Below are positions 8,260 to 18,349 of a stretch of DNA of 28,750 nucleotides, in pieces. The notes below the pieces were generated by a model, which searched no databases, was not told the DNA's origin, and saw only the letters and a list, made by a program, of their open reading frames with translations. Both the position numbers and the translations under genes were made by a program. The DNA lies in sequence record SRR2962707_1578. One strand, given 5' to 3'. How positions within the stretch are numbered: position 1 is the stretch's first letter; each line of letters begins with the position of its first letter.

Positions 8260-8850
8260 TTAACGAGTAATGTGAAAAATGGCGGTTTCGCTGAACATGT
8301 TAGGCATGGTGCGAATCCACCAATGATCTCGTAGATGACCATCGACTGCTGCCCAGCGCAAAATCTTAATGCCTTTTTCGTTGCACAGGCGCTCAAAATC
8401 TTGGAAGGTAAAAAAGTGAATGTTAGGCGTGTCATACCAATTATAAGGTAAGAAATCGGACACGGGCATTCGACCTTTGAGTGCTAAATGCAGACGGCTG
8501 CGCCAATGACCAAAGTTTGGGAAGGTAATGATGCATTCTTTGCCAATGCGCAACATTTCATCGATCAATAAATCTGGACGACGAAATTGCTGCAAAGCGT
8601 GGGTCATCAAGACCAGGTCAAAGCTATGATCTTCAAAGTTTTGTAGGCCTTCGTCGATGTTCTGCTCTAAAACTGGAATGCCTTTTTCAATACAGGTATT
8701 GAGATCCTCTGGGCCAATTTCTAAGCCATAGCCAGTGATTTGCTTGTTGTTCATCAAGTGATGAAGAAGTTCACCTGGGCCGCAAGCCAAATCCAATACA
8801 CGTAAATTAGGCTGAATCCATTCATCGATCATTTCTAAATCAGAACGCAT
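8260..8850 (-). CDS. metW: Methionine biosynthesis protein MetW
   Basis: RVLDLACGPG SAM-binding motif, FPNFGHW and WYDTPNIH. Overlaps the metX stop by 1 nt. Confidence 0.95.
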   Translation of the reverse strand: MRSDLEMIDEWIQPNLRVLDLACGPGELLHHLMNNKQITGYGLEIGPEDLNTCIEKGIPVLEQNIDEGLQNFEDHSFDLVLMTHALQQFRRPDLLIDEMLRIGKECIITFPNFGHWRSRLHLALKGRMPVSDFLPYNWYDTPNIHFFTFQDFERLCNEKGIKILRWAAVDGHLRDHWWIRTMPNMFSETAIFHITR

Positions 8851-10007
8851 TATTGAGCCTCCTTTAAGATTCGATTACCGATGCGCGTTAAAAAACTGTT
8901 TAGCGTTGTCATATAACGAGGTATAGGAAACAAGAAAGCGTCGTGGCCTTCAGCGGCTTCTATTTTTGCGTAAGAGACATGCTTTCCTGCTTTTACCAAG
9001 GCATTGACTATTTCTTCGCTTCGCTCTGGGGCAAAACGCCAGTCGGTGGTGAAAGAGACCAATAAAAACTCGCATTGGGCACGGCTCAGAACCGCGGATA
9101 AGTCACCATCAGTTTCGGCAGCAGGGTCAAAATAATCCAGAGCCTTTGTCATCAACATATAGGTGTTGGCGTCAAAGCGTTTGGTAAAGGCTTCGCCTTG
9201 ATAACGCAAGTAGCTTTCTACTTCGAACTCGATGCCATAGTTGTATTGGTAATTATCATGGCGCATCTGACGGCCAAACTTCGAGCCCATGGCGTCATCG
9301 GACAAGTAGGTAATGTGCCCTAGCATGCGGGCCAATCCAAGGCCATTGGTTGGCACGGATTGCTTGTTTAAATAGCGTCCGTCATGAAACTCTGGGTCAC
9401 GTCGGATGGACTGACGCGCCACTTCGTTAAATGCAATGTTCTGGGTCGATAGGTTCGGTGCTGAGGCGATGATCACCGCTGCTTTTAAGCGTGTAGGAAA
9501 GCGAATGCTCCATTCGAGCACCTGCATACCGCCAAGACTGCCACCCACGATGGCCGCAAAGGTTTGAATGCCTAATCTGTCCGCCAGGCGAGCTTGGCTT
9601 TCGACCCAATCCTGCACGGTAACAATAGGGAAATTTTCACCCCAAATATCACCGGTTTCCGGGTTGATGCTGGTCGGACCAGTGCTGCCTGAACAGCCGC
9701 CTAGATTGTTTAAACTGATGACAAAAAAGCGCTCAGTGTCGATGGCTTTGCCTGGCCCAATAGCGCTGTCCCACCAACCAGGTTTCTTGTCCGACATGGC
9801 GTGATAACCTGCGGCATGGTGATCACCACTGAGTGCGTGGCAAATCAGAATGGCATTAGAAGCATTGGAATTCAGAGTTCCATAAGTTTCATAAACAAGT
9901 TGATAGGCTGGTAAATCTTGGCCACAAGAGAGCGTAAGAGGTGTCTCAAACTGCGCAATATGTGGCGCCACGATACCAACAGAATCGACTGGAATAGCGT
10001 CCGGCAT
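8850..10007 (-). CDS. metX: Homoserine O-acyltransferase MetX (succinyl- vs acetyl- specificity not resolved)
   Basis: [23 protein letters not shown] nucleophile elbow, FDANTY and GHDAFL. Confidence 0.95.
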   Translation of the reverse strand: MPDAIPVDSVGIVAPHIAQFETPLTLSCGQDLPAYQLVYETYGTLNSNASNAILICHALSGDHHAAGYHAMSDKKPGWWDSAIGPGKAIDTERFFVISLNNLGGCSGSTGPTSINPETGDIWGENFPIVTVQDWVESQARLADRLGIQTFAAIVGGSLGGMQVLEWSIRFPTRLKAAVIIASAPNLSTQNIAFNEVARQSIRRDPEFHDGRYLNKQSVPTNGLGLARMLGHITYLSDDAMGSKFGRQMRHDNYQYNYGIEFEVESYLRYQGEAFTKRFDANTYMLMTKALDYFDPAAETDGDLSAVLSRAQCEFLLVSFTTDWRFAPERSEEIVNALVKAGKHVSYAKIEAAEGHDAFLFPIPRYMTTLNSFLTRIGNRILKEAQ

Positions 10008-10081
10008 AGGCTTTAGGTGTCCTGGTGAAAGTCATCGCGCTTTGCTGAGGCAGCAAGCGGACAGTGTGAATCTTGGAGCAC

Positions 10082-10110
10082 AGTCTAGCGGTTGCGGAAG
10101 ACCTCATCAA
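10082..10110 (-). promoter_or_regulatory. Putative sigma70 promoter of metXW
   Basis: TTGATG (10110-10105)-N17-TAGACT (10087-10082), about 75 nt upstream of the metX ATG. Confidence 0.55.
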
Positions 10111-10199
10111 GAGAGGTGAGGAGAAATGCTTGCTTGTGCTAAACATGGGGGCAGATCATGGTTGTGCGAATGGATCAAACCCCCGTTGTTAAGGTCGAT

Positions 10200-10808
10200 T
10201 TAGTGGTTTGCTTGATTCACTGCAAACAATCGATACACCAGTTGGCCAGCGGTTTTTTCTTTCTGTAAGGTCCAAGAGGCTGGCAAGCTAGGCAGAGAGG
10301 CTTCTTTTTCCATTTCGATGTAGACCAATGCCGTGTCTGCGAGCCAACCGTTCTCAAGCAGAGGCACGATTTGCGCTAACCAGTTTTTACGAAACGGCGG
10401 GTCTAAAAAGATAAGGTCGAGAGGTTGGGGTGTCGCAGTGGCCAAAAACTCAGCGGCATTTTGTTGTACTACCTGATAATTCTCTGCTTTTAATGTGGTG
10501 AGGTTGTCGTTCATTTGTTGTGCGACGACTTTTGAATTGTCGACAAAAATGGCGCTCTTCGCCCCACGTGATAAGGCTTCTAACCCCAGTGCGCCAGAGC
10601 CACAGAATAAATCGGCACAGCGTGCGCCTGGTATTTCGTAATTTATCCAATTAAACAGTGTTTCTCGGACTCTATCTGGTGTTGGTCTCAGCCCTTCAAT
10701 ATTAGGGATAGGCAGCTGTCTTGAACGCCATTCACCAGAAATGATGCGCAGTTTTGACGCTCTTTCTTTGGATTTTGTGGATGAGTGAACACTGATTTTC
10801 TTTTTCAT
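10200..10808 (-). CDS. rsmD: 16S rRNA m2G966 methyltransferase RsmD
   Basis: LRIISGEWR, LRPTPDRVRETLFNW, DLFCGSGALGLEALSRGA and FLDPPF. Confidence 0.96.
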   Translation of the reverse strand: MKKKISVHSSTKSKERASKLRIISGEWRSRQLPIPNIEGLRPTPDRVRETLFNWINYEIPGARCADLFCGSGALGLEALSRGAKSAIFVDNSKVVAQQMNDNLTTLKAENYQVVQQNAAEFLATATPQPLDLIFLDPPFRKNWLAQIVPLLENGWLADTALVYIEMEKEASLPSLPASWTLQKEKTAGQLVYRLFAVNQANH

Positions 10809-12112
10809 TAGTAGACCTGAATCTCTTGATAAGACGGTGTGATGAGCAGCGATTCAAGGGCCGCTTTATAGTCGTCTTGGTTAAACGTATCGATGGCATC
10901 TTGGTAGTGGCTCGCAAATTGAGCCAAGGTGAGTGAGCTGTCTTCTTGGGTCGCACTGGTTGCAAGTAACGCCCACCAGCTTGGGTCTAATGTGCGTTGC
11001 GCAAGCTGATTTTTTAACTGATCTAGTAGCGCTTTAAAGCGTGCGTTATCCTGCAATGAGGGGATGCTGGCGAGCTCGATCATGCTACGAGCACTGACTT
11101 CGTTTGCCGCTGGAGTTTTCTGTTTTGACGCTAACAATGGTTCTGTATGTTGTGCTCGCCAATAGGCCCATGGATGCTTGGCTGAGAGCGTTAAATTAAG
11201 GCGTACATAACCAAATGTGCCTTGATTGCTCAAGCTATCAATCAGGTCTGCGCCCCAGATCTGTAAGCTAAGCCACTGTTTTACTGATGAGAGCGGCGTG
11301 AGCGCCAGCATGCTCTGAGTTTCTTTCGGTGGTGTGATTTGTGTTGCTTGTGGGGTGGGCGCTGGCTGCTGCCATGAAATTGGCGCACCCTTTGGCGTAT
11401 GGCTGGCGACGGAGAAATGTTTGCTTAGCGTATTTAGGCTTGCTTTGATGGCGTCTTGTGTTTGTTTGGTCATTTCACCAATGACAAAAATAGCGGAAGC
11501 TTGTTGGGTGAGTTGAGCGTAGTGGCTTTTGATTGCGGCGAGTGTAATCGCTGGCGAAGAGGTCGCCGCTGTGTTGGCAAACAATATGTTCTCTAGCGTT
11601 TGCTGGGTTGGCAATGTGTTATTGAATCGTCTATTCCAGTGATCAAAAGCCCGTGCTTTAAATGCGGGGGCGGATAACCATTGAGACATCAATGTCAGTG
11701 TCGGCATAAGGTAGGCCGGTTCACTGTTGAGTGTCAGCGCAATGGTTTGACCTTCATGGTCGTAATCGCTGCTCACTTTTGCCGCAAGGGGTGCTAGTCT
11801 CTGATTGATGGTCGATGTGCTCAGAGGCAGTGAATCTGCCATCAATAATGAAAGCGTGGCGTCCGTGAGAGGGGCGCTTTGTGATGTGTTTTTAAAGGTA
11901 AAGCGCAATTCTAATTTATTGGTGTTTTTCCATTTTTCCTGAGACAGCCAAATGACCGGTATGCCTGACTGGGTTTTCCAGGTTTCTACTTTAGGGGTTG
12001 GAAAACGCGGCTCTGGTGCGGTTAAATTTAATACCCAGATAACCAGGGTCGATAGCACCATGACGGCGGCCAAAGCAGGGCGGCTAAAAAGAGGTTTTTT
12101 ACTGTTAAACAT
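10808..12112 (-). CDS. Hypothetical exported/membrane-anchored protein, probable highly diverged inactive M16 (insulinase) peptidase-like subunit
   Basis: N-terminal basic then hydrophobic segment; KVETWKTQSGIPVIWL resembles M16 N-termini; no HxxEH. It occupies the position between ftsY and rsmD where pseudomonads carry M16 genes. Start uncertain (12112 or 12157). Confidence 0.6.
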   Translation of the reverse strand: MFNSKKPLFSRPALAAVMVLSTLVIWVLNLTAPEPRFPTPKVETWKTQSGIPVIWLSQEKWKNTNKLELRFTFKNTSQSAPLTDATLSLLMADSLPLSTSTINQRLAPLAAKVSSDYDHEGQTIALTLNSEPAYLMPTLTLMSQWLSAPAFKARAFDHWNRRFNNTLPTQQTLENILFANTAATSSPAITLAAIKSHYAQLTQQASAIFVIGEMTKQTQDAIKASLNTLSKHFSVASHTPKGAPISWQQPAPTPQATQITPPKETQSMLALTPLSSVKQWLSLQIWGADLIDSLSNQGTFGYVRLNLTLSAKHPWAYWRAQHTEPLLASKQKTPAANEVSARSMIELASIPSLQDNARFKALLDQLKNQLAQRTLDPSWWALLATSATQEDSSLTLAQFASHYQDAIDTFNQDDYKAALESLLITPSYQEIQVY

Positions 12113-12289
12113 ATCGAACCGTAAGAAAGACAGGCGCGATGTGTGGCTTTTCCACAAAACTAGACCTGTTTGCCAATAGGAATGATGATAAAATCACCGC
12201 TTTCAGTGCCAACCATAGTGGCTGCTGTATTGAATAATAGCATTTCACTGGTGTAAACAGCACCAGTCTAGACATAAGAGACCGACTTG

Positions 12290-13567
12290 ATGGAATTTGT
12301 TAACCAGCTCATTGCTTTATTAACACCGTATCTTGGTGAGTATGCCCGATATGCGCCGATTGTCATTGGTACTGCGTTGGCCATTTTAGCGATTATTATT
12401 AAACGCCGCGTAGTAAAAGGATTGGGTGCAGATGTTAAGGCTGCAAAGAATAAGGGTATAGAAGAACAGAAAGCTGAAGAAGCAGTAGAAAACTCGCAGA
12501 AGTCTGATGCTGCGGAAAATGAAGCGCGCACTGAGCCGGTCGACGATACCGCCACGGAAACAATGACCAAGACTGTTTCTGAGGCAGAACCGGCTGAAAC
12601 AGACGTTGTGGTTTCCGCCCCAGCAGAGCCCGTTGAAAAGCCCACTCTGTCTTGGTCGCAACGTATCAAATCAGGTTTGTCTCGTACTCGTAATGGTCTA
12701 GGAAGCGGATTATCTTCGATTATTTCGGGCGGTAAGAAAGTCGATGAAGACTTATTAGAAGAGTTAGAAACACAACTGTTGATGGCGGATGTTGGTTTTG
12801 ATGCGACACAGTCACTCATGGATGAGTTGACCGGCAAACTGAAGCGTAAAGAGTTAAAAGACGCAGATGATTTGTTGGCCAGCTTGAAAGCACAGATGCA
12901 AAGCATCCTAGTGGGATCGCAGAAAGAGCTTGTGCCAGTCAATCAAGAAGGCCCTTTTGTTATCCTGATGGTTGGTGTAAACGGTGTGGGTAAAACCACG
13001 ACCATTGGTAAGTTAGCGAAGAAGTATCAAGCAGAAGGCAAAAGTGTGATGCTGGCTGCAGGCGATACCTTCCGTGCGGCGGCCGTTGAGCAGTTACAAG
13101 TGTGGGGCGAGCGTAACAATGTCCCTGTGGTGGCTCAGCATACGGGAGCGGATTCTGCGTCGGTTATTTATGATGCCATTGAATCGGCAAAAGCCAAAGG
13201 CGTTGATATTGTTATTGCGGATACGGCAGGGCGTCTGCAAAACAAAACCAATTTAATGAACGAGCTGTCAAAAGTGGTTCGTGTCATGCAGAAGCTTGAT
13301 GTTAAAGCGCCTCACGAAGTGATGTTGGTGCTAGACGCAGGAACCGGGCAAAACGCGTTAAGCCAAGCTAAGTTGTTCACGGAAACCGTGGGTGTGAGTG
13401 GTATTACACTGACCAAATTAGACGGTACCGCAAAAGGCGGGATTATTTTCGCCATTGCTAAGCAATTTGGTTTGCCGATTCGTTATATTGGCGTCGGTGA
13501 GCAGGCGGACGACTTACGTCCTTTTGTGGCGGAAGAATTTATTGACGCTCTGTTCGATAGTGAGTAA
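12290..13567 (+). CDS. ftsY: Signal recognition particle receptor FtsY
   Basis: GVNGVGKTTTIGKLA, DTFRAAA, DTAGRL, TKLDGTAKGG and GVGE motifs. Acidic linker and hydrophobic N-terminus. Confidence 0.97.
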   Translation: MEFVNQLIALLTPYLGEYARYAPIVIGTALAILAIIIKRRVVKGLGADVKAAKNKGIEEQKAEEAVENSQKSDAAENEARTEPVDDTATETMTKTVSEAEPAETDVVVSAPAEPVEKPTLSWSQRIKSGLSRTRNGLGSGLSSIISGGKKVDEDLLEELETQLLMADVGFDATQSLMDELTGKLKRKELKDADDLLASLKAQMQSILVGSQKELVPVNQEGPFVILMVGVNGVGKTTTIGKLAKKYQAEGKSVMLAAGDTFRAAAVEQLQVWGERNNVPVVAQHTGADSASVIYDAIESAKAKGVDIVIADTAGRLQNKTNLMNELSKVVRVMQKLDVKAPHEVMLVLDAGTGQNALSQAKLFTETVGVSGITLTKLDGTAKGGIIFAIAKQFGLPIRYIGVGEQADDLRPFVAEEFIDALFDSE

Positions 13568-13644
13568 GAGTGGTTGCTTGTGGATAGAGAAAAGACTCAA
13601 ACGACCCTCAGTGTTTGCTAATGACATAAGGATACCAAGACAGC

Positions 13645-14316
13645 GTGGAAATTGAATTTCAGCGAGTTGGAAAGAAGTACGACAGCGGTCAAGAAGCCCT
13701 ATCGCAAGTGAGTTTTCATTTGCAGCAAGGTGAAATGGCGTTTCTAACCGGCCATTCTGGCGCTGGCAAAAGTACCTTAATGAAACTCATGATGATGATT
13801 GAGCGACAAACATCAGGGCAAATCCTAGTGGACGGGGTGGATCTGCGCACCTTAAGTCGTCGTGCTATCCCTCAGCACCGCCGCCGAGTAGGTGTGGTTT
13901 TTCAGAACCATCAGCTGCTGTTTGATCGCAGCGTTTTTCATAATGTGGCCCTGCCTCTGCAAGTGAGTGGGGCGGATCATGAGCAAACGGCGAAACGCGT
14001 TCGGGCTGCGTTGGATAAAGTCGGATTATTGAGCAAAGAGAAATACAACCCAATGGCGCTGTCTGGCGGTGAACAGCAGCGTGTGGGGATTGCTCGCGCT
14101 GTGGTCAATAAGCCTCAGTTGCTGTTAGCGGATGAGCCAACAGGAAACCTAGACCCACGTTTGTCTGCGGAAATTATGAACCTGTTTCAAGAATTCAATA
14201 ATGTGGGCGTGACCGTACTGGTGGCGAGTCACGACTTGGCTTTGGTCGCGCGTATGCGTCACCGTGTGTTGACCTTGAATCAGGGTCGAATGGTAAACGA
14301 TGGAGGTTTTGGCTAA
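13645..14316 (+). CDS. ftsE: Cell division ATP-binding protein FtsE
   Basis: Walker A GHSGAGKS, LSGGEQQRVGIARA and LLADEPTGNLD. GTG start; lies between ftsY and ftsX. Confidence 0.96.
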   Translation: MEIEFQRVGKKYDSGQEALSQVSFHLQQGEMAFLTGHSGAGKSTLMKLMMMIERQTSGQILVDGVDLRTLSRRAIPQHRRRVGVVFQNHQLLFDRSVFHNVALPLQVSGADHEQTAKRVRAALDKVGLLSKEKYNPMALSGGEQQRVGIARAVVNKPQLLLADEPTGNLDPRLSAEIMNLFQEFNNVGVTVLVASHDLALVARMRHRVLTLNQGRMVNDGGFG

Positions 14317-15323
14317 TGTCTCAAAAACCTTCTCGTCGTGGTGCCACACGACAGTCCGTTAAGGCGACGAAACATAATTGGCCAACACGGCCTTCTTTTG
14401 ATGTTGGGCAATACCTTCGTCAGCACCAAGCTACGTTGGCCGAAAGCTTCATGCGATTGGTGAATTACCCTCTCGCGACCATTATGACGGTGATGGTTAT
14501 TGCCATCGCCCTCTCATTGCCTGGCGGTTTGTATGTGCTGTTAAAAAACGTGCAATCTGTGACGGACAACTGGGAACAGCAATCTGTTATTACCCTGTAT
14601 TTATTTCCTCAAGTAGACGATACCAAGGCGCTGGCGTTATCTCATCGACTGTCGGCTCGCGCTGATGTGGCTTCTGTTGAGTATGTTTCGAAGGAAGAAG
14701 GGCTACGTTACTTTGAGCGTTCCAGTGGCTATGAGCAGATTTTATCGTCGTTACCGGAGAATCCGTTACCGATCGTGTTGAAGGTAGTGCCAAGGGAAGT
14801 TGTTAATTTACAGTCGTTAGCAGAGCTCCAATCTCTACGTGATCAACTTTCGGGTCAAAATGAAGTGGAATATGCGGAGTTGGATGCACAATGGTTACAG
14901 CGCCTTGCCAATATACTGAGTTTTGGGCAGCGTTTTGTGTATGCATTATCGATTTTGCTGGTGGTGGCTGTGCTGCTTATCGTGGGAAATACTATTCGTA
15001 TGGCGGTTGAAAGTCGTCGCGATGAAGTTCTAGTGATGAAGCTTGTTGGGGCAACGGATAGCTACATTCGTCGACCATTTCTCTATATGGGGTTTTGGTT
15101 TGGCGTGTTGGGCGGATTCTTTGCCACCCTTTGTATTCTCTTGCTTAGCTGGTGGGTTAGTGCGCCAGCAGAACGCTTGATTGAGCTGTATCACGGTGGC
15201 TTTCAGCTACAGACTTTTAATGCAGATGAGATTGTTTTATGTTTAACTATAAGCGCATTAATTGGTGTATTAGGTGCTTGGATTGCAGTTAATCGTCATA
15301 TTGCGCATATAGAATTACAGTGA
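14316..15323 (+). CDS. ftsX: Cell division permease FtsX
   Basis: VIAIALSLPG, ENPLP and GNTIR...MKLVGATDSYIRRPFLYMG; four TM segments. Confidence 0.95.
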   Translation: MSQKPSRRGATRQSVKATKHNWPTRPSFDVGQYLRQHQATLAESFMRLVNYPLATIMTVMVIAIALSLPGGLYVLLKNVQSVTDNWEQQSVITLYLFPQVDDTKALALSHRLSARADVASVEYVSKEEGLRYFERSSGYEQILSSLPENPLPIVLKVVPREVVNLQSLAELQSLRDQLSGQNEVEYAELDAQWLQRLANILSFGQRFVYALSILLVVAVLLIVGNTIRMAVESRRDEVLVMKLVGATDSYIRRPFLYMGFWFGVLGGFFATLCILLLSWWVSAPAERLIELYHGGFQLQTFNADEIVLCLTISALIGVLGAWIAVNRHIAHIELQ

Positions 15324-15450
15324 CACAGATCGTGTTTTTTGTAGGTAACACAAACGACACGCTATATTCACATTTGTGCCACACACAACAGAAATTAACT
15401 TGCTACTATCGATTCATAGAGAATATGAACTTATAAAGGTGGAAATAGAG

Positions 15451-16317
15451 ATGGGTAAAGCTCTCCAGCCTACAGATATGATGATTCCAGGTCAGAACCT
15501 AGAATCTTACGTACAGGCCGTCAGCAGAATTCCAATTTTGTCAGCCGATGAAGAACGGGCGCTGGCGGAACGTCTTTATTATAAAGAAGACCTTGAAGCC
15601 GCTCGAACATTGGTAATGTCACACTTGAGATTCGTGGTGCATATCGCGAAAAGTTACTCAGGTTATGGCTTGGCGCAAGGCGATTTGATCCAAGAAGGTA
15701 ATGTGGGTTTGATGAAAGCGGTAAAACGCTTTAATCCTGAAGTGGGTGTTCGCCTAGTTTCTTTTGCTGTGCATTGGATCAAAGCTGAAATTCATGAGTT
15801 TATCCTGAAGAACTGGCGTATTGTGAAAGTGGCGACAACAAAAGCCCAGCGCAAAATGTTCTTTAATCTACGTAGTGCTAAAAAGACATTGTCTTGGTTT
15901 AGTAACTCAGAAGTAGAGTCTGTTGCCAGCGATTTAGGGGTGACTCCTGCGGTTGTGCGTCAGATGGAAGGTCGTTTGAGTGCCTCAGACATGGCGTTTG
16001 ACGCTTCTGCAGATGACGATGATGACAGTGCTTTCCAAGCGCCTTCTCAATATTTGGAAGATCATTCTCATAACCCAGCGACTTTATTAGAAAATGGTAA
16101 CTGGGAAGCCGACTCCAATAGCCGTCTTGAAGAAGCGATGTCTGATCTGGATGAGCGTAGCCGCAATATTTTGGTTCAACGCTGGTTGTCTGACAGCAAG
16201 TCAACATTGCATGAGTTAGCCGATGAATACGGCGTTTCAGCGGAACGTATTCGTCAATTAGAAAAAAATGCGATGAAGAAAATTCGTATTGCGATGGGAG
16301 ACGGTCAGTTTAGCTGA
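15451..16317 (+). CDS. rpoH: RNA polymerase sigma-32 factor RpoH
   Basis: [17 protein letters not shown], RpoH box [13 protein letters not shown] and [10 protein letters not shown]. Start placed at ATG 15451 after AAGGTGG. Confidence 0.97.
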   Translation: MGKALQPTDMMIPGQNLESYVQAVSRIPILSADEERALAERLYYKEDLEAARTLVMSHLRFVVHIAKSYSGYGLAQGDLIQEGNVGLMKAVKRFNPEVGVRLVSFAVHWIKAEIHEFILKNWRIVKVATTKAQRKMFFNLRSAKKTLSWFSNSEVESVASDLGVTPAVVRQMEGRLSASDMAFDASADDDDDSAFQAPSQYLEDHSHNPATLLENGNWEADSNSRLEEAMSDLDERSRNILVQRWLSDSKSTLHELADEYGVSAERIRQLEKNAMKKIRIAMGDGQFS

Positions 16318-16337
16318 TTGACCTATTCGTAATAATC

Positions 16338-16363
16338 AAAAGCCCTCCTAGTGAGGGCTTTTT
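16338..16363. terminator. Intrinsic terminator after rpoH (possibly bidirectional)
   Basis: AAAAGCCCTC-CTAGT-GAGGGCTTTTT. Confidence 0.85.
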
Positions 16364-16397
16364 GCATTCTGAAGGCCGTTTCTTTTGGTGGTATCGA

Positions 16398-17258
16398 CTA
16401 TTGGCTGTGTAGTTCATTGCCGGGTAGGAATTGCCAAGTTCGAATGATTTCTAATTGATCGACTTCTTTTTTCAAGGCCTCAGGAAATACCTCAAAAGGG
16501 GCAGCAAGCCTGACGATTCTCATGGCGGCATCGTCTAATACTCGAATCCCTGATGAGTGCAGTACGTCAATATTCTCAACGTGCCCATTGGGAAGTAGCA
16601 TCACGGCTAAGCGTAATTGACCATATAGATGGTTACGTTTCGCTTCGGCAGGGTAATGAATATTGCCAATTCGTTCTATACGGCGACGCCAATCATCAAG
16701 GTATTTTGCATCCACAGCGGCTTTAGCCGATACCGATGTAAGGCGGCGGATTCTGGGACGTTTGGCGTAGGCTTGACGCTGTCTGTCTAGTAACGCTTCG
16801 AGAGTAGAAATATCGACCGACAGATGGTCTGGAATTTGTGTTTCACCTTTGAAGCGCTCTTCTAAGGTTTTCTGTTGCTGGTCAGGGACTTTTCGTACCT
16901 TAAAAACCGCCTCAGAATGAGATGTTGCTAACAGTGGTTGATCGTTTTTAGGTTCGCTAGAGGCAATTTGCGGTTGTACCGGTGGTGTAATGTCTTGAAT
17001 GTTATCCGATAAAAATCGTGCCGTTTCTGTGGTGGTTAATTTATGCTTGCGCAGTTCAGTACCACTGGCTTGTTGGTTGGCCTGAGCAATAAAATCGGCT
17101 TCTTTAGGGGCTTTGGAAGAGTGTTGAACTAGGGTGATTTCTAGCGTTTTTGGCCTTGGACTGGGCAGTGAAAAATCGAAGCCAACAAATATTGCCATTA
17201 GCACATGAGCACTAATGGCAATAAAGAGGGCAAAAGTAAATCTATCCGCCACTCGCAT
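16398..17258 (-). CDS. TonB-family energy transducer (TonB C-terminal domain; TonB3-like, gshB-linked)
   Basis: N-terminal TM with SAH motif, KEADFIAQANQ and C-terminal YPAEA...SSGIRVLDDAA...IIRTWQF. Confidence 0.8.
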   Translation of the reverse strand: MRVADRFTFALFIAISAHVLMAIFVGFDFSLPSPRPKTLEITLVQHSSKAPKEADFIAQANQQASGTELRKHKLTTTETARFLSDNIQDITPPVQPQIASSEPKNDQPLLATSHSEAVFKVRKVPDQQQKTLEERFKGETQIPDHLSVDISTLEALLDRQRQAYAKRPRIRRLTSVSAKAAVDAKYLDDWRRRIERIGNIHYPAEAKRNHLYGQLRLAVMLLPNGHVENIDVLHSSGIRVLDDAAMRIVRLAAPFEVFPEALKKEVDQLEIIRTWQFLPGNELHSQ

Positions 17259-17263
17259 TGTGT

Positions 17264-18214
17264 TTAGGACGCTAAGCGGGCTTCTATCGCATCCATCAGC
17301 ACTTTAGCGATGTTTAGATCAAACTGCGTGTCCAATTCACGTACACAAGTCGGGCTAGTGACGTTAATTTCAGTTAGGTAATCCCCGATCACATCTAGGC
17401 CTACGAACATAAGCCCTTTTTCTTTCAAGGATGGGATCACTTGATCGCAGATCCAACGGTCACGGTCAGTAAGAGGTCTGCCTTCACCACGGCCACCAGC
17501 GGCTAGATTACCGCGCGTTTCACCGGCAGCAGGGATGCGTGCCAATGCGAAAGGAATCGGCTCGCCATTGACCACTAGGATTCGTTTATCTCCCTGTTTA
17601 ATTTCAGGAATAAACTTTTGTGCCATGATTTGCTCGGCGCCCATGTTGGTGAGTGTTTCTATGATAACACTGACGTTGGCGTCGTCTGCTTTAAGACGGA
17701 AGATGGAACTGCCGCCCATGCCGTCGAGTGGTTTAAAGATAACGTCACCATGTTCTTGATGAAACGCTTTCAATAAGTCGGCACGGCGTGTGACTAGTAC
17801 TGGAGGACAGCATTCAGGGAACTGTGTCGCAAACAGTTTCTCGTTGCAGTCACGTAGGCTTTTTGGATCATTGACGACCATGGCGCCATCGCGTTCGGCT
17901 TGTTCTAGAATCATGGTGCTATAGACAAATTCACCATCAAACGGTGGATCTTTGCGCATCAAGATAACATTTAAGTCGCCTAAGGCTATTTTGCTTTCTT
18001 CGCCTAGATCGTAGAAGTGTTCTGGATTTTTATGGACCTGTAGAGAGCGTGCCATAGCGAAGGCTTTGCCGTTCTCTAGGAACAAGTCTTTTTGCTCCAT
18101 ATAGATGAGTTGCCAGCCTTTTTCAGCGGCGGCCCACAGCATAGCAAGAGAGGTGTCTTTCTTGTAGTTAATGGTCCCGATTGGATCCATTACAATACCA
18201 AGTTTAATTGTCAT
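17264..18214 (-). CDS. gshB: Glutathione synthetase
   Basis: IVMDPI, MRKDPPFD, KPLDGMGG, RGNLAAGG and TEINVTSPT. Confidence 0.97.
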   Translation of the reverse strand: MTIKLGIVMDPIGTINYKKDTSLAMLWAAAEKGWQLIYMEQKDLFLENGKAFAMARSLQVHKNPEHFYDLGEESKIALGDLNVILMRKDPPFDGEFVYSTMILEQAERDGAMVVNDPKSLRDCNEKLFATQFPECCPPVLVTRRADLLKAFHQEHGDVIFKPLDGMGGSSIFRLKADDANVSVIIETLTNMGAEQIMAQKFIPEIKQGDKRILVVNGEPIPFALARIPAAGETRGNLAAGGRGEGRPLTDRDRWICDQVIPSLKEKGLMFVGLDVIGDYLTEINVTSPTCVRELDTQFDLNIAKVLMDAIEARLAS

Positions 18215-18349
18215 GTGTCGTTTCCTGCGGCGATGAGTAGAGTGAAAAAATGAACGTATCGCTTATCATCAGTTGTTAGGGGTTGATGCTATAGAAATAT
18301 GGGGGCACTGAGAAGAGAAAAACACCCATTATCTGGCAAACATAAAGGA

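Noticed and set aside
10103-10121. CTCATCAAGAGAGGTGAGG resembles the 5' start of a SAM-I riboswitch near metX
   Set aside because: It is on the + strand, antisense to metX, and the downstream SAM-I elements (GCAACC, GTGC-NAA-TCC) are absent.
9946-10146. 66-aa ORF overlapping the metX start, considered as a leader peptide
   Set aside because: No Met/Cys enrichment or clear SD, and it begins upstream of the predicted promoter.
12268-12942. 224-aa antisense ORF over ftsY, and the other short antisense or overlapping ORFs in the track
   Set aside because: Shadow frames of well-conserved genes with no recognisable motifs.
15391-15432. Possible sigmaE promoter for rpoH (GAAATT...TCATA; GAACTT at 15427)
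   Set aside because: Biologically plausible, but the matches are weak and the perfect GAACTT has no properly spaced -10.
18297-18304. CCCCATAT (sigma32 -10-like) on the minus strand upstream of gshB
   Set aside because: No CTTGAA-like -35 at 13-15 nt spacing.
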